This document shows positions 27,495 through 32,000 of a stretch of 32,000 nt of DNA, one piece after another (position 1 is the first letter of the stretch; each line of letters opens with the position of its first letter). The DNA lies in the NCBI GenBank assembly GCA_016700155.1, contig CP065001.1, forward strand, positions 409,788-441,787. Reading direction: 5' to 3'. The DNA comes from Ignavibacteriales bacterium (GTDB lineage Bacteria > Bacteroidota > Ignavibacteria > Ignavibacteriales > Ignavibacteriaceae). The position numbers were made by a program, and so were the translations under genes. The notes beneath the pieces were generated by a model. The model did not search any database. It was not told where the DNA came from and was given only the letters and a program-made list of their open reading frames with translations.

Positions 27495-30400
27495 CTACCT
27501 TTTATCCGGGTATGGTGGTGGTTCCGGGAGTTTGACCGGATTATTCTTCAGCTCATTCAGCACTTCTTCAATTGCTTTGTTAAGCTGCTGGTCTGTTCCT
27601 TCAAACTCCATTGCGGGATCGTTGTCAACGTAAATGTCAGGATCAACTCCATGACCTTCCATCACCCATTCATTTCCTTCAAGATCGTAGCGTGAAAATT
27701 CAGGTCTGTTTAGGAAACCGCCGTCAACTATTGGCAGTGTTCCTCTTATACCTACAACTCCGCCCCACGAACGTTTACCAATAAGTTTACCGAGTTTATA
27801 ATATTTAAACCTGTAAGGGAAAATATCACCGTCACTTGCAGAGAATTCATCAAGCAATGTTACTTTCGGACCAACGTGTGTTCCGCCGGGATTAAATCCT
27901 GTCGCGGTGTTGCGGGCTATATCAATCATTGCCGGAAGTCTTCTTAATCTTTCAACGATCATTGGTGAAACGTTTCCGCCGCCGTTACCGCGTACATCAA
28001 TGATGAGCGCTTGCTTGCGAAGTTGCGGATAATAATATTTTACAAATTCATTAAGTCCGCCAGGACCCATATCAGGAATGTGAATGTAACCGACTTTTCC
28101 GTCAGTAGCTTTGTTTACTTTATCAATATTATCCTGAACCCAGTTTAAGTAGTAAAGATCATGTTCATCAGACATAGGCACAACAACGGATTCGCGGCTT
28201 CCTTCTTTTTTAGCAGATGAATTAACCGTTAGTGTTACCTGTTTACCGGCAGTGTTTACAAGTTCGGAATAAATGTTCGCGATTTTGTTTGCCGGTTTTC
28301 CATTGATCTCTATTATGTAATCACCTTCGTTAACATTAACACCGATTTCAGTAAGAGGTGAACGGGTGTTGTTACTCCAGTTATTTCCTTTAAGAATTTT
28401 TTTGATTTTAAAATATCCTGATGAAGGAACTTTTTCTATTTGTGCGCCAAGTAAACCAAGCTGAATTCTTTCGGGTCTTGGATAATCACCGCCGCCGACA
28501 TAAGCGTGACCGACATTTAATTCGCCTATCATCTCGCCGATAATATAAGTCAGATCAACACGGTGATTTACATATTTAACAAGCGGCTCATAATTTTTTC
28601 GTATTGCAGCCCAATCAACTCCATGCATATTTGGCGCATAGAAGAAGTCGCGCATCTGCCTCCAGCATTCGTTGAATATCTGGTTCCATTCAGCGTATCT
28701 GTCAAGATTCATCTTCATATCTGAAAGATTTAGTTTTTCTTTCATTTCTATTTTAGATGAAGGAAGATCAATTATAGCATAAGAACCCTGCTGTGATACA
28801 AGCATTTTCTTTTTATCCGCAGAAACTTCATAACCGCCGATTTCACCAAGTTCGGTTTCTTTTTGTTTGTTCATATCGAACATAAAAAGTTTTGGTCGTG
28901 AATCACTGCTTCCGTTTCTCTGGTAATAAAGTTTTTCACCAACTGATAAAAGATTAAAATAGTTTGATGCTTCAACGGGCAGTTCAAGTATTCTTGATTG
29001 AATGCCGTCTTCATCAACCTTTACTGATACTTTGCTGTCCTTATCTTTTTTATCCTTGTCTTCTTCTTTCTTTGAATCATCTTTAATTACAACTTCATCG
29101 CTCTTTGGTTCGAATGGTGATTTTGTATCCTTCGCAAGAGTGACCAAATAAATTTTTGCCATATCCTGGTAGATGTGATTCCACTCAGTCTGGCTGTACC
29201 TTGGTGAGAAACTTCTGTTAGAAACGAAGTAAAGATATTTTCCGTCAGAACTGAATGTTGAACCGTAAGTTGAATACCAGCCATCGGTGATATCGATAGT
29301 CTTTTTACTTTCAAGTGAATAGAGTTTTACTTTTGTCATCACTTCAACTTCAGGATTTGAGTAGGTTATCCACTTACTATCGGGTGACCATTCGTAAGCA
29401 TTAAATTCAAACGCATCTGATTTGGCGACGAGTGTTACATCCTTTGAATCAATATCAACAAACTGAAGCCGTTGCTCTCTGTCAGCCCACAATAATTTTT
29501 TACTGTCGGGCGACCACAAAGGCTGATACTTATAATTCTTATCACCGTCAGTAAGTTTTATCGGTTCTGATTTTCCATCCTGTGCCATTATATAAATTTC
29601 GTCTTCGCCGCTTTCATCTGAAATGTATGAAATCCATTTGCCGTCAGGCGACCATTTGGAATTTCTTTCATGTATTCCCGATGTGTTGGTAAGGTTTCTT
29701 GTGTTGCCATATTTAACCGGGACAGTGAAAATTTCACCTCGCGCACCGAACAATGCCCTGTTTCCATCGGGTGAAATTTCATAGTTGCTTACGTTCCTGC
29801 TTACATCGATTAGTCCGCCTCTTCCTGAATCAAAATCTTCATTAATAAAAATCTGGACTTTATCAGTTTTGCCGGAAGTTAAATCATGCTTATAAATATA
29901 TCCGCCGTTCTCAAAGACTATTGCGTTATCACCAACCGAAGGATATTTAATATCATATTCACTGAATGTTGTAAGCTTTTTTGTTTCTTTAGTTGAAAGA
30001 TCATAAACAAAAAGATTCATTCTTTTATCGCGGTCAGAGATAAAATATATTTTAGTACCTGCCCACATAGGAATAATATCCTGTGCAGGATTGTTCGTAA
30101 TGTTCTCGATCTTTTTTGTTTTGAAATCATAAATCCATACATCATCTGCCTGACCGCCGCGGTAACGTTTCCATGTTCTGAATTCTCTGAACACTCTGTT
30201 ATACGCAAGCTTTGAAGCATCCGGTGAATATGAACAGAAACCGCCACGAGGCAAAGGCAGTTGTTCCATCAACCCGCCTTTTGAATTAACAGTATATAAC
30301 TGACCTTTGAAATCATTGAATTCAATCCATCGTGATCGAAGTACAACAGTTGAATTATCTCTCCATCCCATTACAATGTTGTTCGGTCCCATTCTGTCTG

Positions 30401-30737
30401 AAACATCATCTCGCCCAAGTGTTGCTGAGTAAGTAACTCTGAAAGGAATTCCGCCTTCAGCCGGAATTGTATAAACTTCTGTATTGCCGTCGTATTGACC
30501 TGTGAATGCAATTGATCTTCCATCCGGAGAAAACTTTGCAAACATTTCATAACCGATATCATTTGTAAGTTTTCTTGCTGTTCCCCCGTTTGCTGAAACA
30601 GTGTAAAGATCACCGGCATAACTGAAAACTATATTGCTGCCGTGGATAGTTGGGAATCTTAAAAGTCTTGCTTCTTCCTGTGCAAAAACTGAAATGCTTA
30701 ACAGCAGAAAGAAAACAATCGAAAGGTATCTGTTCAT
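27495..30737 (-). CDS. tricorn-type protease homologue (beta-propellers, PDZ, S41 peptidase)
   Basis: 1080 aa. After a signal peptide the N-terminus reads 'LLRFPTIHGSNIVFSYAGDLYTV'. Repeated 'SPDG' propeller blades and the C-terminal S41-like 'DVRGNGGG' and 'SASDGDIF' are present. Confidence 0.9.
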   Translation of the reverse strand: MNRYLSIVFFLLLSISVFAQEEARLLRFPTIHGSNIVFSYAGDLYTVSANGGTARKLTNDIGYEMFAKFSPDGRSIAFTGQYDGNTEVYTIPAEGGIPFRVTYSATLGRDDVSDRMGPNNIVMGWRDNSTVVLRSRWIEFNDFKGQLYTVNSKGGLMEQLPLPRGGFCSYSPDASKLAYNRVFREFRTWKRYRGGQADDVWIYDFKTKKIENITNNPAQDIIPMWAGTKIYFISDRDKRMNLFVYDLSTKETKKLTTFSEYDIKYPSVGDNAIVFENGGYIYKHDLTSGKTDKVQIFINEDFDSGRGGLIDVSRNVSNYEISPDGNRALFGARGEIFTVPVKYGNTRNLTNTSGIHERNSKWSPDGKWISYISDESGEDEIYIMAQDGKSEPIKLTDGDKNYKYQPLWSPDSKKLLWADREQRLQFVDIDSKDVTLVAKSDAFEFNAYEWSPDSKWITYSNPEVEVMTKVKLYSLESKKTIDITDGWYSTYGSTFSSDGKYLYFVSNRSFSPRYSQTEWNHIYQDMAKIYLVTLAKDTKSPFEPKSDEVVIKDDSKKEEDKDKKDKDSKVSVKVDEDGIQSRILELPVEASNYFNLLSVGEKLYYQRNGSSDSRPKLFMFDMNKQKETELGEIGGYEVSADKKKMLVSQQGSYAIIDLPSSKIEMKEKLNLSDMKMNLDRYAEWNQIFNECWRQMRDFFYAPNMHGVDWAAIRKNYEPLVKYVNHRVDLTYIIGEMIGELNVGHAYVGGGDYPRPERIQLGLLGAQIEKVPSSGYFKIKKILKGNNWSNNTRSPLTEIGVNVNEGDYIIEINGKPANKIANIYSELVNTAGKQVTLTVNSSAKKEGSRESVVVPMSDEHDLYYLNWVQDNIDKVNKATDGKVGYIHIPDMGPGGLNEFVKYYYPQLRKQALIIDVRGNGGGNVSPMIVERLRRLPAMIDIARNTATGFNPGGTHVGPKVTLLDEFSASDGDIFPYRFKYYKLGKLIGKRSWGGVVGIRGTLPIVDGGFLNRPEFSRYDLEGNEWVMEGHGVDPDIYVDNDPAMEFEGTDQQLNKAIEEVLNELKNNPVKLPEPPPYPDKR

Positions 30738-30874
30738 ATTTTGTCCTTTGATGAATTTGGAATTGAAAAAGTGTGCAAAAATTAAACTGATAAACTAAAT
30801 ATTCAAGAAAAATCTGATAAGTGGGCGATAACGCTTTTTTATGTTTGGCGAGATTTTACTGATGAATTCAATCA

Positions 30875-30909
30875 GAAAAAATCATCCCGCTGTTAGTGGA
30901 GCGGGATGA
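30875..30909 (-). terminator. intrinsic terminator after the 30926..31339 gene
   Basis: TCATCCCGCT 30882-30891 pairs with AGCGGGATGA 30900-30909. On the minus strand it is followed by T6 (A6 at 30875-30880 on the plus strand). Confidence 0.7.
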
Positions 30910-30925
30910 CTATTTTAGAGGTAGA

Positions 30926-31339
30926 CTATATTATTGAGTACAGAGCAAACTCTGTTTGTTTAGTTATGAACGGACTGTTCTTAACTTTATGAGATTGTTC
31001 TTCAAACCAATCCGGTTTAATGTTATTGACTTTAGCAACACCTCTCAGCCAGTCCAGCTCCGGAGTAGGTGCTGAAGTATCAGAAAAAGAAAGTTTAAGC
31101 GCATCAATAAGAAATGATTCAGCGATTTTAGGATCGGAAAATTTTATGGGGTCTTCTTTTATATATTTATTCGCAAGCAGGTTCTGAATTACTTCATCAT
31201 AAAAATCTTTTGCGAATCCCAGCCTGTCAGAAATCCCCTTAATAATATTTTTTTCTTCTTCAGTTAATTGATTGTCCTTGCGTGCGGTAATTAAAAGTCC
31301 CTTTAGATAATTACTCCTGTCGAAAACAGGTATGTCCAT
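30926..31339 (-). CDS. hypothetical protein, possibly TerB-like
   Basis: 137 aa. The helical pattern 'LLITARKDNQLTEEEKNIIKGISDRLGF' resembles TerB/DjlA-N domains. This is a weak call made by eye. Confidence 0.35.
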   Translation of the reverse strand: MDIPVFDRSNYLKGLLITARKDNQLTEEEKNIIKGISDRLGFAKDFYDEVIQNLLANKYIKEDPIKFSDPKIAESFLIDALKLSFSDTSAPTPELDWLRGVAKVNNIKPDWFEEQSHKVKNSPFITKQTEFALYSII

Positions 31340-31622
31340 CAGTAACTCCTTTTATAATGATTCAAAGCTAAATAAAAATCGTGACCAGTTAAATTCAATT
31401 CAAAGTCTGTTTACTTTAATCAGAATTTTTTTACTTCACTGAATTAGACGCTCAAATATAAACATAGTTTAATTTAAGTTGGTGTAAAAAGTGATGACCG
31501 GTTAACTCCTTTAGCCTGTTTAAAATTAATTTTCGAGAGCTATAACATAATCGAAAAAGTTTTGTGACATTTAAGTCTTTCAATTAACTTTTAACCACTG
31601 AATAAAAAAATATCGGAATGTT

Positions 31623-32000
31623 ATGAAGAATTTCGTCCTAATTATTTTACAAATGGCAACTGTTGCCGGAATACTAGCTGCACAAAATAAAATTGAAGCT
31701 AACTGGATAACCAGGTTTGAAAACTCCGGTTATGTCTCCACGTCAGGTTATAATGAAACGATGAAATATTTTCAGCAGCTTGATGATAACTCAGACTATG
31801 CAAAGTTATTTTCGTTTGGAACATCACCGCAGGCAAGAGATCTGAAATTTTTTGCGATCACAAAACAAAAAGAATTTGATCCGGCGGCATTTAAATCATC
31901 AGGTAAGCCGACTTTATTAATTATCAACGGAATTCATTCAGGTGAAATTGAGGGTAAAGATGCTTCAATGCTTTTGCTCAGAGAAATTCTCATCACAAAA
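31623..32000 (+). CDS. M14-family metallocarboxypeptidase, N-terminal part (continues beyond the window)
   Basis: It has a signal peptide, then 'FGTSPQARDLKFFAI' and 'LIINGIHSGEIEGKDA', which fits the M14 zinc-binding H..E block. The frame stays open to base 32000. Confidence 0.7.
   Translation, partial: MKNFVLIILQMATVAGILAAQNKIEANWITRFENSGYVSTSGYNETMKYFQQLDDNSDYAKLFSFGTSPQARDLKFFAITKQKEFDPAAFKSSGKPTLLIINGIHSGEIEGKDASMLLLREILITK

Overview
This window looks like a chromosomal segment from an FCB-group bacterium (Ignavibacteriota/Bacteroidota-like). That placement is an inference from a T9SS-type C-terminal sorting domain, GxxExxY and four-helix-bundle genes, and many REP-like GC hairpins. The backbone is housekeeping: tal-pgi (overlapping), a sensor kinase with two response regulators, two DMT/EamA transporters, eno, glnA, the tdh-kbl threonine-degradation pair, a large secreted zinc metalloprotease, a tricorn-type protease and an M14 peptidase. 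Two visibly AT-richer accessory islands interrupt it. Island 1 (about 12.4-14.5 kb, minus strand) holds a DNA-methyltransferase N-terminal remnant, a single-pass membrane protein and a translationally coupled TIR-domain protein. I rank this as the best candidate for an undescribed defence system. Island 2 (about 24.3-27.4 kb, plus strand) holds an unknown protein tightly coupled to a J-domain (HPD) protein, followed by two small membrane-anchored proteins. Each island lies next to the same unusual module: about 10-12 head-to-tail copies of a 21-bp repeat ending about 40 nt upstream of a small XRE-like HTH gene. One HTH copy is intact and the other is truncated. Other notable items are a 745-bp ORF-free convergent gap with several long-range helices (possible ncRNA), small cassettes bounded by inverted repeats, and a G-depleted 1.2-kb tract. 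All domain calls come from motif recognition by eye; no searches were run.
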